60,062 nt of DNA, filler included, from Dugesia japonica (GCA_001938525.1; 6 parts of 6 records of this genome joined end to end with filler, not necessarily neighbours in it), one strand, 5' to 3'; shown: positions 1 through 12,883, counted from the whole stretch's first letter. The notes: generated by a model from the letters alone, not told the origin. Translations and numbers: made by a program.

Positions 1-85
1 AAGTGATTCAGTTTATTTTGATATCTAATAAATATTTGTAGTAAATTGTTGTTGTATCTTAACCTAACAGTTACTATTGCTCAAT

Positions 86-172
86 TCATTCTGGTTATAA
101 GAGTTTAAATAGAAACATAATTTACAATACATGTTTATAACCAGAATGAAGAAGGCATAGCCGAAATATTGA
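86..172 (+). ncRNA. Inverted repeat plus degenerate minimal hammerhead-like core (Penelope pLTR-type)
   Basis: ttcattctggttataa / ttataaccagaatgaa inverted repeat, overlapping (a)TGAAGA-A-GGC-ATA-GCC-GAAA at 146-166. The first C of CUGANGA is replaced. Confidence 0.45.
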
Positions 173-1190
173 ACCATCTATGAAAATAGAATAACATAAT
201 ATATGTGAAATTAATTTTGGTGTTTTGGCAAATCAATTATCTTTAGAAAATGTACCTAACTTAGTGGCAGCAGTAAATACAGATTCAATTACAGATATGT
301 TATTATCAAATGTGTTCTACAAAGATGATATTGAAAAATTCATAAAGAGTTTATCTTTGCATTTGAAAATAAGTTTTAAATAACAAAATTTATTTTTCAA
401 AATATCTTTTTAGAATCTAATCATTAATAAAAAGAATTTATCGTCATTTTTATTGGTTGAAACTATTTCTTTGTATAATGATTTTCTCGACTAATGATAA
501 AACTGCAAATAATTTAAATCATATTAATACAACTTCAAATTGATTATATTATATTAATTCAATATCAGAACGTTTGAAATTATATTAATTCGATAATTTA
601 TGATTAACTCGAGNNNNNNNNNNNNNNNNNNNNNNNNNNNNNNACAGAAGTTAGAATTGAAGAAAGTGCAATGTCTTCTGTCTTTCTTTCTCTAAGAGTG
701 GAGGAACAAGAAAATGATAGGTCAAAGGCCGAAGAATCGCGTGATAAAATAAAGGATCAATGAAGAAGGTGTGTACTGGATTGACTGTGAAGAGGTTCAC
801 ACTGTGAAAGATGAACCGGTCGGAAATGCGGGAGATGGAAATATAAACAGATATGGAGATGCTTCAATTACAAGTGATGTTGGAGGAAAGAGAGATGCAA
901 CCACTCAGAGTGAGTTGACACCGAGCCTATGATTTGTGAGGCTCCTTTCTACTAGAAGTATCGGAGAGACTTCCATTGGATAGTATAGGAGTGTTACGGT
1001 TGAGAAAACTAAAATTTTAAATAAATATTAAAATTGTAAATAATTAGAAATTCAGATTAAATTAATTTAAATGAAATAAATCTATATATGTTAATTTTAG
1101 ATAAAAATGCTTGTATTAATGTAAGTATTTTTATTCCAAGGCTGCCAAATAGTAAGCAAAAAAATATAAAACAAAAAATACAAAATATAT

Positions 1191-1290
1191 TAAAAAGACT
1201 TGTCATTAGTATTAAGGATTTATTTAACAATACTATAATTTGTATTATTCAAACAAAATTGACTGTTTAAATAATCTGTATTTTCTAACT
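1191..1290 (-). repeat. 3' LTR of the Gypsy element
   Basis: Near-identical to 4958-5057 (acttgtcatta..ttgactgtttaaataatc). Preceded on minus by GGAGAGAGAA (PPT). Confidence 0.85.
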
Positions 1291-2462
1291 TCTCTCTCCA
1301 TTCAAATTGAAACTCGTTTTAACCATTCAACTTGTCTTCACTTTGGTTTATCTGGAAAATTCAGTAAGACCTGATGGGAACATAATAATCGTAAATGGAC
1401 ATTCATATCTGTATCCACTTTTATGAATATTATGAGGTTCCTTTTATACAAGAACATTTTCACTAATTGCAAATTGTCTGTGACCTCTTGTATTTGATTC
1501 GTACTTTCTCATTTCCTCTACAACTCATTTCAATTCTACTTTTGTGTCATTAACCACTTGTTCACGACAACCCATGTAACATCACTTTGTGCCTATGTAG
1601 AACTTTAAATGTAGATCTCTTTATAGCGCTTTGATATGTTGCATTAATTGAAAATTCAATCTTGGGAATGTATTTATCCCAANTAAATCTATTCTTATCA
1701 CTATTCATATCTCTGACTGTTCTAATTACTCGCTCTGCTAAACCGTTGGCTTGATGTTGTTAAGGTGATGTAAATTCTTGTGTAATTCCAAATCTTCCAC
1801 ACAAATCCTTCATTTTTCTACCTTCAAAAACTCTACCCCGATCAGATAAGATTGAATTTGATTTTTTCAAAACGGTAAATCCAATGGTTCCTTATTGCAT
1901 CTGATATTGCTGTNTCATCTTGTTTACTAAGAGGTATCAGTCGAACTAGTTTGCTAAATCTATCGATAATAACAAGCAAGTAATTTTGATTAGATTTATA
2001 CTCAGAAAAATAGGCCACATCTATTACAATTTGTTCTAGTGGTTTAAATTCTTCTCTAGGTAGCAATAGGTCTTTTGTTCGACCAGTGTAGATCTTTTTT
2101 GGCACATACTTTACATTTTTGAATTGTATGTTCAATTTTTCTACTCATATCACGCCAAAAGTATGTCTCTTGAATATATTCCACTAACTTCTTGCTTCCC
2201 AAATGGCATAGTTCTTCGTGCAAATATTTGACTAATTTTGGTGATTAATTATATGGTATAACGGTTAGTTTCTTCTCTTGATCATCTTTAATTACAAAAT
2301 TTCCAAATAATTTGAATTTATCTATACTTTTAAAATATTTGCTTTTTTTCACTTCAGTAGTTACATCATTATCAAAGCCTTGTAACCAGCATAATATTGA
2401 TCTTAGTATTCCACATTTCTTTTGTAACTCTTCCATACTTTCATTATAAAATACATTTTCAT

Positions 2463-3700
2463 TTAAACGGTTTTTAAATCGAACTTTAGATTTATTCCAT
2501 CATGGTGTTTAGTTAAACATTGACTACACAGCGTTTCATTTATTTTGGATAGGCCGTCAGCATTACTGTGATCCGTTCTTTTCCGATATTCTAAATCAAA
2601 ATTAAATCCAGAAAGATTAGCAAACGAAGTCTGAAACTGTGGACTAATTGGTTTATTCGTTTTCTTCATATAAGTCAAAGCTTTATGGTCAGTCCTTATT
2701 TTAGACTTTTTCCCAATTAATTAATGCTTAAAATGCATAACAAATTCATGAATAGCTAAAGGTTCTTTTCTGGTTACACAATAACCTTTTTCGTGAGAAT
2801 TTAAAACTCTCGAAGCAAAACCTATGACTTTTTCATCGCCTTTGTAATCGTATTGGCTTAGAATAGCTCCAGTAGCTCCAAGACTTGCATAAGTGTCTAG
2901 AATCATTTCTTTTGATGGATCAGAAAATGCCAATATTGGAACTGTGGATAATTCATACTTTAACTTTTGGAAGCTACTTTCAGCATTTGTGGACCATTCA
3001 ATCATTTTTTGTTGCCTGATATAAAGGCGTAATAATAATTGCATAATCTTTGATAAATCGACAATAATAATTAGTTAGTCCCACAAATGATCTTAACTGT
3101 GTAACACAACCTGGAATTGTTTCTATTTTATCATCATTAGTTTGAATTCCTTTTTGACTAATTGAGTGCACCAAAAAATTCAATTTATCAGTTCCAAATA
3201 CATATTTTCCTGGATTAACCTTTAACTCAAATGCTTTTTCTAATCTTTGATTATGTTCATCAACTTTTTTTCCATAAACTAAAATGTCATCCAAATAAAC
3301 AATTATACCTTTATACAGCATTCCATTAAAAATCAAATTTATTGAACTCTGAAAAGTTGCCGGTGCTGTACATAAACCGAAGGGCAACCGATTAAAACAA
3401 AATTGTCCAATCTTTGTACTAAAAGCTGTTTTCATTTGCGAATCTTCGTCTAACACANNTTGATAATAAGCTTGTCCTACGTCTATAGATGGAAAAATAG
3501 TTGATCCATTTTAGGTATCCAAAAGCGTGTTTATATCAGGTACCGAAAAAGAGAATTTTCAGTTACTTCATTCAATCGTCGAAAATCCGAACCCATTCGG
3601 ATAGTATCAAACAAATCTTCAATTAATATATCAACTTTATTTTTTAAATGCATTGGTTGTCTTCTTAGATTTTCAGAAGTTGGAGGTCTTTTTGTATTAA
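2463..3700 (-). pseudogene. Gypsy reverse transcriptase-RNase H, frameshifted
   Basis: KTAFSTKIGQFCFNRLPFGLCTAPATFQ, VYLDDILV, LRSFVGLTNYY, EKGYCVTRKE. Confidence 0.92.
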
Positions 3701-4957
3701 CATGATGCTTAATCAATATAGTGATTCCTAAATCAAATTTAAATACCATAAAAATCGATCCATATTTTTNNNNNNNNNNNNNNNNNNNNNNNNNNNNNNN
3801 NNNNNNNNNNNNNNNNNATGCCGTCTTAACACGATCACAATCCGTATATGTTGTATTTACTTCAGAAGAATCAATCAATTTTACTTATGCCAAGAATATT
3901 CCAAATAATTTCATCATATCGATTGCACCAATAAAACCAGGAAAAATACTTTTAACAACTAAAATTTCCTTCATCAAAGGTTTCTTTTTCCATAAAATTT
4001 GTATAAATATCTTACCAAGACATGATTCATGTTTTGAAGAAAACACACCCGACAATCTAAGTTCTGACTTTATCATACTAGGTGCACCAATTCGAATCCA
4101 ATTTTTTTCACTCATCACTGTTATTGATGGTCCAGAATCCCACAACATTTCAATATTACAGCCATTACACTTCATAATACTCCACGTGGAGGTGCTTTAC
4201 TCCTGCATTGATTGTAGAATTTCATTGCAATCATCTTCATTGATCGTTGTGGTCTATTGGCTTGATGAGAAAAATTCCCATTATTGCTCGAATGTGAAAA
4301 TTTTTTATCTCGATCCTTATATGCAGTTGATTTTTCAGATTGATTTCTATTTTCTGAAGATATAAATTTACTGAATTCCTTTAGTGCTCAAAATGTGTCT
4401 TCCCTTCTGTACGTTGATTATAATATCGAGGTTTACTAATCACTTGCGAATATGTTGGTTTCATAACATGAACTTCTCGATGCGGAACCAATTTTTCTAA
4501 ATTCGTTGCAAATTCTCTTCTTCTTTCGTCAGACATTGATGGGTCAATGGCAAAGGATTCACGTAGTNTCTCACTCTGTAATCCTTGCAGAATAAATGCT
4601 CTTGCAATTTCTTCTATTGTTAATTTCTTTTGAAATACGTCTGTAACCATTTTTTTACTCGAATCTCAAAATTTCTGTACTTATTTTTCGACCTTCTCAT
4701 TAGTAAAAGGATCGTTTGAACAGGTTTTCGCATCACCTCTTAGGAGCATATCTAACGCGAAAGCAAATGCCATTTGATTGAATGTCGCAAAATCTTTCGT
4801 TGTGTGCATCCAATCTTCGGCATCTTAACTGAGACCATCAAAGAAACTTGGTTTTGGGATAACATTTCTTGCGTTTCTTGAATCAAATTAGAAAAGTAAA
4901 AAATTAGAAAGTCAAAATTTGCTCTTGTTAACACATTAATTTCGACGGGCTTGCCAG

Positions 4958-5057
4958 TAAAAAAACTTGTCATTAATATTAAGGATTTATTTAATAATAC
5001 TATAATTTGTATTATTCAAACAAAATTGACTGTTTAAATAATCACTATTTTCTCACT
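4958..5057 (-). repeat. 5' LTR of the Gypsy element
   Basis: Direct repeat of 1191-1290, followed on minus by a TGG-starting PBS. Confidence 0.85.
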
Positions 5058-6414
5058 AATATAAAATAAGAAGTATAAAACGGAAAGCCTAAAGAGAAGT
5101 GTTATATTTAAAAGAAAAAATTTTGGTATCAGAATAAAGGGGATAAAAGGGAACTTAAATTGATTTTAAATCAACAGCGGAATTCTATCAGTTGAGTTTT
5201 CANCCTTCTGGTGCAAAGAAAAAAGCAATTATTGTTACCTAATTTGGATTTATTTATTATTCTTTGTATCCTGTGTGTTTATTGAATAAAATTTGATATA
5301 ATTTTAGTATTCTATATTATTTTTATATAATGAAACTTGGTTAATTAATCGAACACAAAATTTTGGAGTCAGAAACACCTAGCTTGCAAGAATTGAAATA
5401 CGAATTAATGGGGAAATCTATTTTTTTAAAAATATTTTAATACAATTGATCTGTTAATATTTATTTATGTATGAATTTATGGAACACTTGGAAAGAGAGG
5501 AGGAATCGAGGATCGTGAATAAGGATATCGGAGTGATTAAACTCCATCCAATACCTAAAATTCTAGAATTATGATGTAAATAGAGTTTTTTCACTCTAAT
5601 GTTTATGAAGCTCACTTAGCTATAGCAGTTTTTAAATTTGGTTTTTCTAAATTTATTTTGCTATTCTCATTAGTTTCTTTCTTAGCTTTTTTAGGTTTTG
5701 TGATTGCTGAGGCCATTCCTGGTGTAATACCTGCTGCACCGGATAACTCTGATATAGGGTAAAACACTTAGGTGATAATATAGATAGGTAGGAACAAAAC
5801 TGAAGAAGAGGATAGAATAAAGAAAAATAACGAAACCAGAAAATGGGAGGTCAAAGATTAGCTAAAGAAGAAATAAGTAAAGAAAAAACCAGAATTGGAA
5901 AATTAAAACATACGCTGTAATCAAGGAAATCTTCAAGCAAAAGGTAATAGCTTAAGAAATATAAGAAGGGAAACGACATAAATCATCAACAGACGCAGAA
6001 GACAAATAAGGATGGCAAATAATGATGAAAAAATTCATTAAGAAGAATAAAGAAATTAAATTAAACTAATAATTGAAATGATAAGAAATACATTAAACGA
6101 AGTATTTATAGAAAGAAAATATTTAAATTAAATTAAATTTCGGCGTAGAAACTGAAAATAGCAATCTAATTAATAAGTTAAGAAGAAAAGAAAAATAAAA
6201 TAATTTAATTATTAAATAAAATAAATCACAAAAATTAAAATGATTTATTTTGAAAGGAAATTAAATTTATACGAAAATATGAGAAAATGAAGGGTTCCTG
6301 CTAGGAAAGATTTATTGATTAGGAAAATTATAAACTAGAAAACGTTGAGGAATTCAAAAATTTTGGTTAAAAAATCACAGTTCAACCCCTAAAAAAGTTA
6401 CAGAGGTTTTAAGA

Positions 6415-6640
6415 TTAGCCAATCAGATTCCAGCAGTTTTGGAATTCCAAAACATTGACCAATAAGAAGAAATCAAATGACATAACTTGAGCAATCCAGC
6501 CAATGAGAACGGTAGAAAAATTTAATAACACATATTAACCAATAGAAAGAATGAGGGCGTACCAACAAACTGGTATAAATACCGTTGCAATTTTCAGCAG
6601 AAATCAATCAAAAAAATAATCGACTTAATAAAAGGTAATG
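6415..6640 (+). promoter_or_regulatory. Pol II promoter: 4 phased CCAAT boxes, TATA box and leader-exon splice donor
   Basis: CCAAT at 6419, 6459, 6500, 6539; TATAAATA at 6574-6581; AAAG|GTAATG donor at 6634/6635. Confidence 0.75.
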
Positions 6641-7966
6641 AATGGACGACAAGTTTTCTTTTTGCAACGGTTTCAATCCAGAAATCTATGAAATATAGAG
6701 TCCCCGGAATATAATTAAATCACATATTATACGGGGAATATAGAATATACCGTGTAGGTGTGTAATTCAATTGAAATAAAACACCCTTTACACTAATATG
6801 CAAATAGAACAGATAGATTTTAGTTGGTGCTTAATCAGTGATATATATCAGATATGAATGAATTAAATCCATTCTGGTTGTCATGGTGATTTCAATTGCG
6901 CTGTGCTTGCTCCGGATCGATTCGCAGTTCACGTTAGTATTGTTTAGATTATGTAAATTAAAATTTTAAACTGTAATTGATGAATGATAATATAATTTTC
7001 GGTAATTAATTCTTTTTGCTTATCAATAATGATTAGTAATATTTATAGCTGAATAATCGCAATTAGTTAGTAATATTGAGTAATATTTAAATGATTGATT
7101 AAAAAATTGTTAGTAATGAACCATTGTAGTAATGTTTAATTAATACTTCTTTATTTCAATACATAATGATTTTTAATCATAAAATAATGATTCATTCCAC
7201 TTTCAAGTAAACGATAATAAATATCCCTCAATTAGCAACCTTTGGTTTATTAAAAACGATACTAATTAATGATAATGATTTTATCCAATATTAATAATTA
7301 TAGTTAAATAATGATAATTTATTAATAGTTTTGCTTAAATAGGGTTAATTAAAATGATCTATATTCATGATTTCTAATTGTAATGTTGATGGAATAATCA
7401 AAATACAGCTCCCTTTTGAAGCGATCAGTAGCAGTAACCTTAAATTTTCAAAATACGATAATCATAACAATGTTAGTAGTAATAATAATTAATGGCGATA
7501 CATAACTAATGTGAACACGGTTAGTAATGAAGTTTATAATAAGAGTAACGTATGCGTATGACTTGATGTCGACATTGTTCCGCGATAATAAAAGATAAAA
7601 TCCGCATAAAAATGCACTACGAACTAAAGGGTTGATTTTTCCATCCGACTCAAGAAATTATAATAGATGGACGATTTGGGAAGGACGGTAGTATTAGTGG
7701 TCTGATATAATTGCACGTATTGGGGTCCCACTTGAGTTTGGGGTAGAAAAAGCACAGCTGGGAGAAAAACAGCCCTCGGGGGTCCCCTTCAAAAATTTAG
7801 CTAATGCCCCTTATTAGGTTTTCGGTATAGAGCGGTTGACTTCCATCCTAATTTGAAGTGCACACACATATACCTTTACTTTCGGTTTCATTAGTTTTCC
7901 CTTAAATTTGATTATCAAAGAAATCAACAATATTTTTAAAAACGACATTTATTTGGGTTTTCCAAA

Positions 7967-8370
7967 TTACATAAGGTTGAGAGCACCCGGGTCTAACCAC
8001 TGGGTAGGCTCTTCTGGTAAAAAATTAAATACCACCTTATCATCATTATTATCCCAGTGGATCCATGCCTCATTCCCCATTTGGCGGGACTGGTCAGAGA
8101 TGTAATGCTGCAAAAATTCTATTTTATGTTGTAACAACTGTTTCGTTTCNTCGGCTAATTCGCCCTGTTTCTGCATTATCAGATCAAGCTTTTTTATTAG
8201 ACGATTACGCTGGGACAGGTGTTTCAATAGAGCCCTCTCGGCTTGACGCTTAACATGTCGTTCTACCAGGAGCTTCTGGATCAGTCAATGGCAACGTCTT
8301 AAACTGGTCGGGAGTCGGATGCGTGGCACTAAACGAATGGTAATGATCAGAGTAAAATATAGCTCGACTA
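7967..8370 (-). pseudogene. Orphan accessory cassette 3 (helical/coiled-coil; one frameshift)
   Basis: Acceptor ttttattgtcAG at 8372-8371, ORF ending at 7967 (..WLDPGALNLM), AATAAA at 7953-7948; higher GC than flanks. Confidence 0.5.
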
Positions 8371-8464
8371 CTGACAATAAAAATTCAGATTTTTAATTAA
8401 ACTTATAAAACCAAATGAAACAAATCAATTTCAATAATGACGACTTTTATTTACAAAAGGAAAT

Positions 8465-8814
8465 TAATGGAGTTGACGAATTCATAGCCGCGAGGTTTGC
8501 GTGCTCTTATCAACCACGAGTGGCTCGAGCAGAATGGCCTTCCTCAAAGCCATAATATCAATCACCAGTTTATTTTCACGGTCCTGGAGGGAGTTGATTC
8601 TTCCAGAGTCTCTCCTGAGCATGAGAGGCCTCTGCTATCTTTTTAAAGGCTAAACACTTCTTCTTATAGCGACACACCTTACTTTCAGCGGTGGCCGTGT
8701 CAGCCTCCCATCGGCGCTTCGTGAGGCGATTCAAGCCCCATGTCATCTCTTGGTCGTCGCTTGTCTCACGTATCTTTTTAGTGGGTGCTGTTGCGCGATT
8801 TAATGATGAATGCA
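8465..8814 (-). pseudogene. Orphan accessory cassette 2
   Basis: Acceptor ttttgcAG at 8816-8815, ORF 8576-8815 continuing after a frameshift (RENKLVIDIMALRKAILLEPLVV), AATAAA at 8451-8446. Confidence 0.45.
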
Positions 8815-8983
8815 CTGCAAAAATAGGGAAATCAATTATTAATCATGGACCAAAAATTCAAAGAGAATCCAACAAGAAATTTAAAAATAGTAATATTCCT
8901 TATTATAAATGATGGGAGTCATTAGTAACGAACAGATACAAAATGAATACTTTATTAAATACCAATAAAAGAGAAACAAATAT

Positions 8984-9756
8984 CTATATAGGAGTTTCAC
9001 TAGAGGGATCAGAGTTCTCGGAAGTATTGTTCTCGACGGACTCACGAATATTCCATAAATTATTGTGTACAAAAGCGTTTAGGTTGTGCAATAGAGGAAG
9101 ATGATTGGTAGTGATGCCTAACACCGAAAGGCCTTCATACTTCCCGTTAGTGCTTAACTTGGTGGTTGTGACGACGTGATAAACGGCACGCTTACGATCT
9201 GGTCCATTCCACGTATAATATGAGTGACGCTCGTTTGCGTCCAACTCGCGTTCGTCGTTGGCTTCTTCAGTGGGCAAGTTTGCTGGGTCGACCAGAACAC
9301 GAGCATTCCTATCATGGTGATTTCTGTATCTTTTGAATANNNNNNNNNNNNNNNNNNNNNNNNNNNNNNNNNNNNNNNNNNNNTTAATTAATTAANNNNN
9401 NNNNNNNNNNNNNNNNNNNNNNNNNNNNNNNNNNNNNNNTGATGGTGGAGGAGATCACTTAGTTGTTTGTTCTCCGTGCGCAGCCACTCAACTTCCGCCT
9501 CCAACTCCCAGATCCTCATGCCCTGGACAGTGTCTCGTCGATTGAATTCGACATTCTGTCATCGGAGTTGAGACATTTCGAAGACTAGCATGCCAATCTT
9601 CTCTTGCAAGGCTTGGCATGTTCTTGACCTGTTCGTAGAGGTGGCTAATGAACCATCAAAACTGGCGGCTAGTTGGACTTCTTGCCCAAAGGTTCTGCTC
9701 GGACGGAGTTGCATTAAATTCTGGTTGGCGACGTTCTGTGGGGAATTCTCATCCAT
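8984..9756 (-). pseudogene. Orphan accessory cassette 1 (~250 aa, coiled-coil N-half), spanning a contig spacer
   Basis: Acceptor aatatttAG 2 nt before ATG 9756. ORF 9559-9756 reads through one TGA into QNVEFNRRDTVQGMRIWELEAEVEWLRTENKQL and resumes after the gap as FKRYRNHHDRNARVLVDPANLPTEE..; AATAAA at 8956-8951. Confidence 0.55.
9340..9439. other. Artificial contig spacer (44N-TTAATTAATTAA-44N)
   Basis: Six-frame stop linker; identical 100-bp structure occurs five times. Confidence 0.97.
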
Positions 9757-10259
9757 TTCTAAATATTCCAGATTAATTCATGCTTAATCTGTGGTTCATT
9801 ATGCGTTAATGAACGTTTAGTGACGGTGCCTTGCACGTTGCTGATTTTACTGATAATATTTATGATAGTAACCTGCACGAACTATATCGTTGTTTTTAGT
9901 AGTAAAACGACGTTAATAATTCTGACCACGTGGTAAATGTTAGTAGTTATAATTTGGGGCAAGGTGGACGAATTAGTTAAGGTTGTGGATCGTTTCGTAG
10001 GATATCTAGACGCTACACATTATAATCGCATAAATATTAGTAAGAGAAATAATACGCATAAGTGCCTAATAATACTAATGGAGCAAATCGATGATTTTAA
10101 TACTACTGCCATGGGTATGGTACATAAAAAAAATCTATTAACAAACTCTTAGCCTTCCTATTGCCAACGTCCCTATTGCTAGAATATTAATTACTCGTGA
10201 GTTTGATTAATACCCTAATCTTAAATAAATATGTTGTTACTAATACCGACTAATCGCAA

Positions 10260-11090
10260 GGATATTAATTATGATAATAATCATCAATCATAAGAATGAT
10301 AATATTAAAAGTAATAAAGTAATCCTAACCATGATAACAATCACTGCCCTAACCATATCAATAATAGTAACAAGAATACTACGGATCAAAATAATAATAA
10401 TAATAATGTCAATAATAATAATAATGATAATGATAATAATTAAAATAGTAATCATTAATAATAGTAAGTCGTAATAGTAATAATAATAATAATAACCATC
10501 ATAATAATATCAACCATACTAGNNNNNNNNNNNNNNNNNNNNNNNNNNNNNNNNNNNNNNNNNNNNNNNNNNTAATACTAATGGAGCAAATCGATGATTT
10601 TAATACTACTGCCATGGGTATGGTACATTAATGAGAAAACAAAAAACTATTAACAAACTCTTAGTATTCCTATGGCCGACGTTCCTATTGCTATAATTCA
10701 TAATATTAATACTCGTGAGTTTGATGAATACCCTAATCCTAAATAAATATGATGTTACTAATACCGACTAANNNNNNNNNNNNNNNNNNNNNNNNNNNNN
10801 NNNNNNNNNNNNNNNNNNNNNNNNNNNNNNNNNNTAAAGTAATCCTAACCATGATAATAATCACTGCCCTAACCATATCAACAATAATACTAAATGATAG
10901 TAACGAGATGGCTACGGATCAAAATAATAATAATAATAATAATGATAATGATCCTCACGATTTTAATGATATGGAATATGATGCTAAAAATCATAGTGAC
11001 AATGATAATAATGAAAATGATAATAATAACCATCATAATAATAATAATAATTAATAATGATAATAATAATAATGCTAATAATAATAAGAT
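10260..11090. repeat. (AAT)n-rich low-complexity tract, duplicated around gaps
   Basis: Degenerate AAT/GAT triplet runs; 10071-10430 is repeated at 10573-10940. Confidence 0.85.
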
Positions 11091-11237
11091 TTTCAGTTAA
11101 AAATTAATGAGGCCCATGGAAATAATACTTATTTAAATGAATGTTAGCAAATGCAGAACAACAATAAAATTTTTAAGAATAATAATATTNNNNNNNNNNN
11201 NNNNTTACATTACATAAAAAGAAACTGAGATTTAACT

Positions 11238-11358
11238 AATTACCTTTGTTTGATGACTACGCTGGATCGGGCTACACTGGTCGGCAAAATCCTTCGTTTA
11301 TTGTTCTTTTCCTTTTTATTTTTTAATTTTTTTGGGAAGAGGAAACTGAGTATTTATA
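11238..11358 (-). promoter_or_regulatory. Minus-strand TATA promoter with short leader exon and splice donor
   Basis: TATAAATA at 11358-11351; AAAG|GTAATT donor at 11244/11243. A duplicate TATA lies at 11765-11758. Confidence 0.55.
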
Positions 11359-12592
11359 GTGATGAGAGTTCGACTGAAAGGTGTGCCGATTGATGAGGTA
11401 CCGACGGCAGATAGTAATGAGAGATTTTTCGTAAATACGTCGATTGATTAGTNGAGGAATCGGTTTCTTTGAATTTCACCGAATGTTTTTATTTTCGTCG
11501 AGTAGTAGTGTGCTGAGCGAATTTCTGTAAACAATTAATTCGTGATCGAATTTCTGTGACGATTTATTCTCGATGGAATTTTCGGGAGAAAATTATGTTG
11601 GATNNNNNNNNNNNNNNNNNNNNNNNNNNNNNNNNNNNNNNNNNNNNNNNNNNGACTACGCTGGATCGGGCTACACTGGTCGTCAAAATCCTTCGTTTAT
11701 TGTTCTTTTCCTTTTTATTTTTTAATTTTTTAATTATTTTGGGAAGAGGAAACTGAGTATTTATAGTGATGAGAGATCGACTGATAGGTGTGCCGATTGA
11801 TGAGGTACCGACGGCAGATAGTAACGAGAGATTTTTCGTAAATACGTCGATTGATTAGTCGAGGAATCGGTTTCTTTGAATTTCCCCGAATGTTTTTATT
11901 TTCGTCGACTAGTAGTGTGCTGAGCGAATTTCTGTGAACAATTAATTCGTGATCGAATTTCTGTGACGATTTATTCTCGATGGAACTTTCGGGAGAAAAT
12001 TATGTTGGATCGAATTTCTATAATAAACAATTCTTGGTTGAATTCCTGTGTAATCTAACACTCCTTTGATGCGATACCGGTTTTCTGATATCGTTGGTGA
12101 TAATTGATTTCGATTGGAAATTTAAACTGCTGTTGAATATTTTTCGTAATTTTTTATTTAACAGGTAAACGATTTGTGGTTGTAATTATGAGTTAACAAA
12201 CGATTAAAATACGAATTTATAATACTGGATTGAACTNNNNNNNNNNNNNNNNNNNNNNNNNNNNNNNNNNNNNNNNNNNNNNNNNNNNNNNNNNNNNNNN
12301 NNNNNNNNNNNNNNNNNNNNNNNNNNNNGATGATTAAATAGATGGGAGTAAAATATTTTGGTTGATGGGTCCTTTTATATTAATTTTTTCGGCTTTGATC
12401 ACGTACCGATTGGTGGGTTATTGTGATTTAAACGAATCCTTTTTCGATATTTTGATGATAAATTTTGAATTTATGTCGTTGTTTTTTGATTAATCCTTCT
12501 CTATTTTTCGGAATATACTCGTTAATCTAGATTTTTTCCCAATCATCTTGATAAATTCTAGAGTTTTCATAAGGTATTAGTCGAGATTTCCT

Positions 12593-12883
12593 CTAAGGTA
12601 ATTTGANNNNNNNNNNNNNNNNNNNNNNNNNNNNNNNNNNNNNNNNNNNNNNNNNNNNNNNNNNNNNNNNNNNNNNNNNNNNNNNNNNNNTGGTTTCTGT
12701 CCCAACATTATTGTATACTTTAATAACTCGTATACACAATTTTTCCATTGAAATATTAATATCTCCATGATAAATAACTGGAATATCTTGTAAAGAATTA
12801 ATAAAATCTTGTTTAGTTAAAATTTCTTTTATATCTAAATATTTTTTCATTAAGATTATCAATTTTATGATACAATCTAGCAC
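12593..12883 (-). CDS. Polinton hypothetical protein (partial, runs into gap)
   Basis: ORF in the same-strand viral gene train. Confidence 0.4.
   Translation of the reverse strand: MLDCIIKLIILMKKYLDIKEILTKQDFINSLQDIPVIYHGDINISMEKLCIRVIKVYNNVGTETXXXXXXXXXXXXXXXXXXXXXXXXXXXXXKLP

Larger units (their letters stand above)
1191..5057 (-). mobile_element. Degenerate near-full-length Ty3/Gypsy LTR retrotransposon with ~100-bp LTRs
   Basis: Direct repeats at ~1191-1290 and ~4958-5057. On minus: PBS TGGCAAGCCCG (4946-4956), purine tract before the 3' LTR, and the order gag (4381-4800), protease (LWDSG, 3885-4175), RT (YLDD, 2998-3456), RNase H (DTYAS..GAILSQ; HSNADGLS), integrase (IIDRFSK). Many stops and frameshifts. 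Confidence 0.93.

Noticed and set aside
3721-4365. 214-aa plus-strand ORF
   Set aside because: Antisense shadow of the Gypsy protease, and it spans Ns.
10071-11100. Ile/Asn-rich ORFs and duplicated block
   Set aside because: Translations of AAT microsatellite-like DNA, duplicated across gaps.
11253-12010. ~350-bp tandem duplication (11253-11603 vs 11654-12010)
   Set aside because: Near-identical copies either side of an N gap; most likely unmerged haplotypes or contig overlap.
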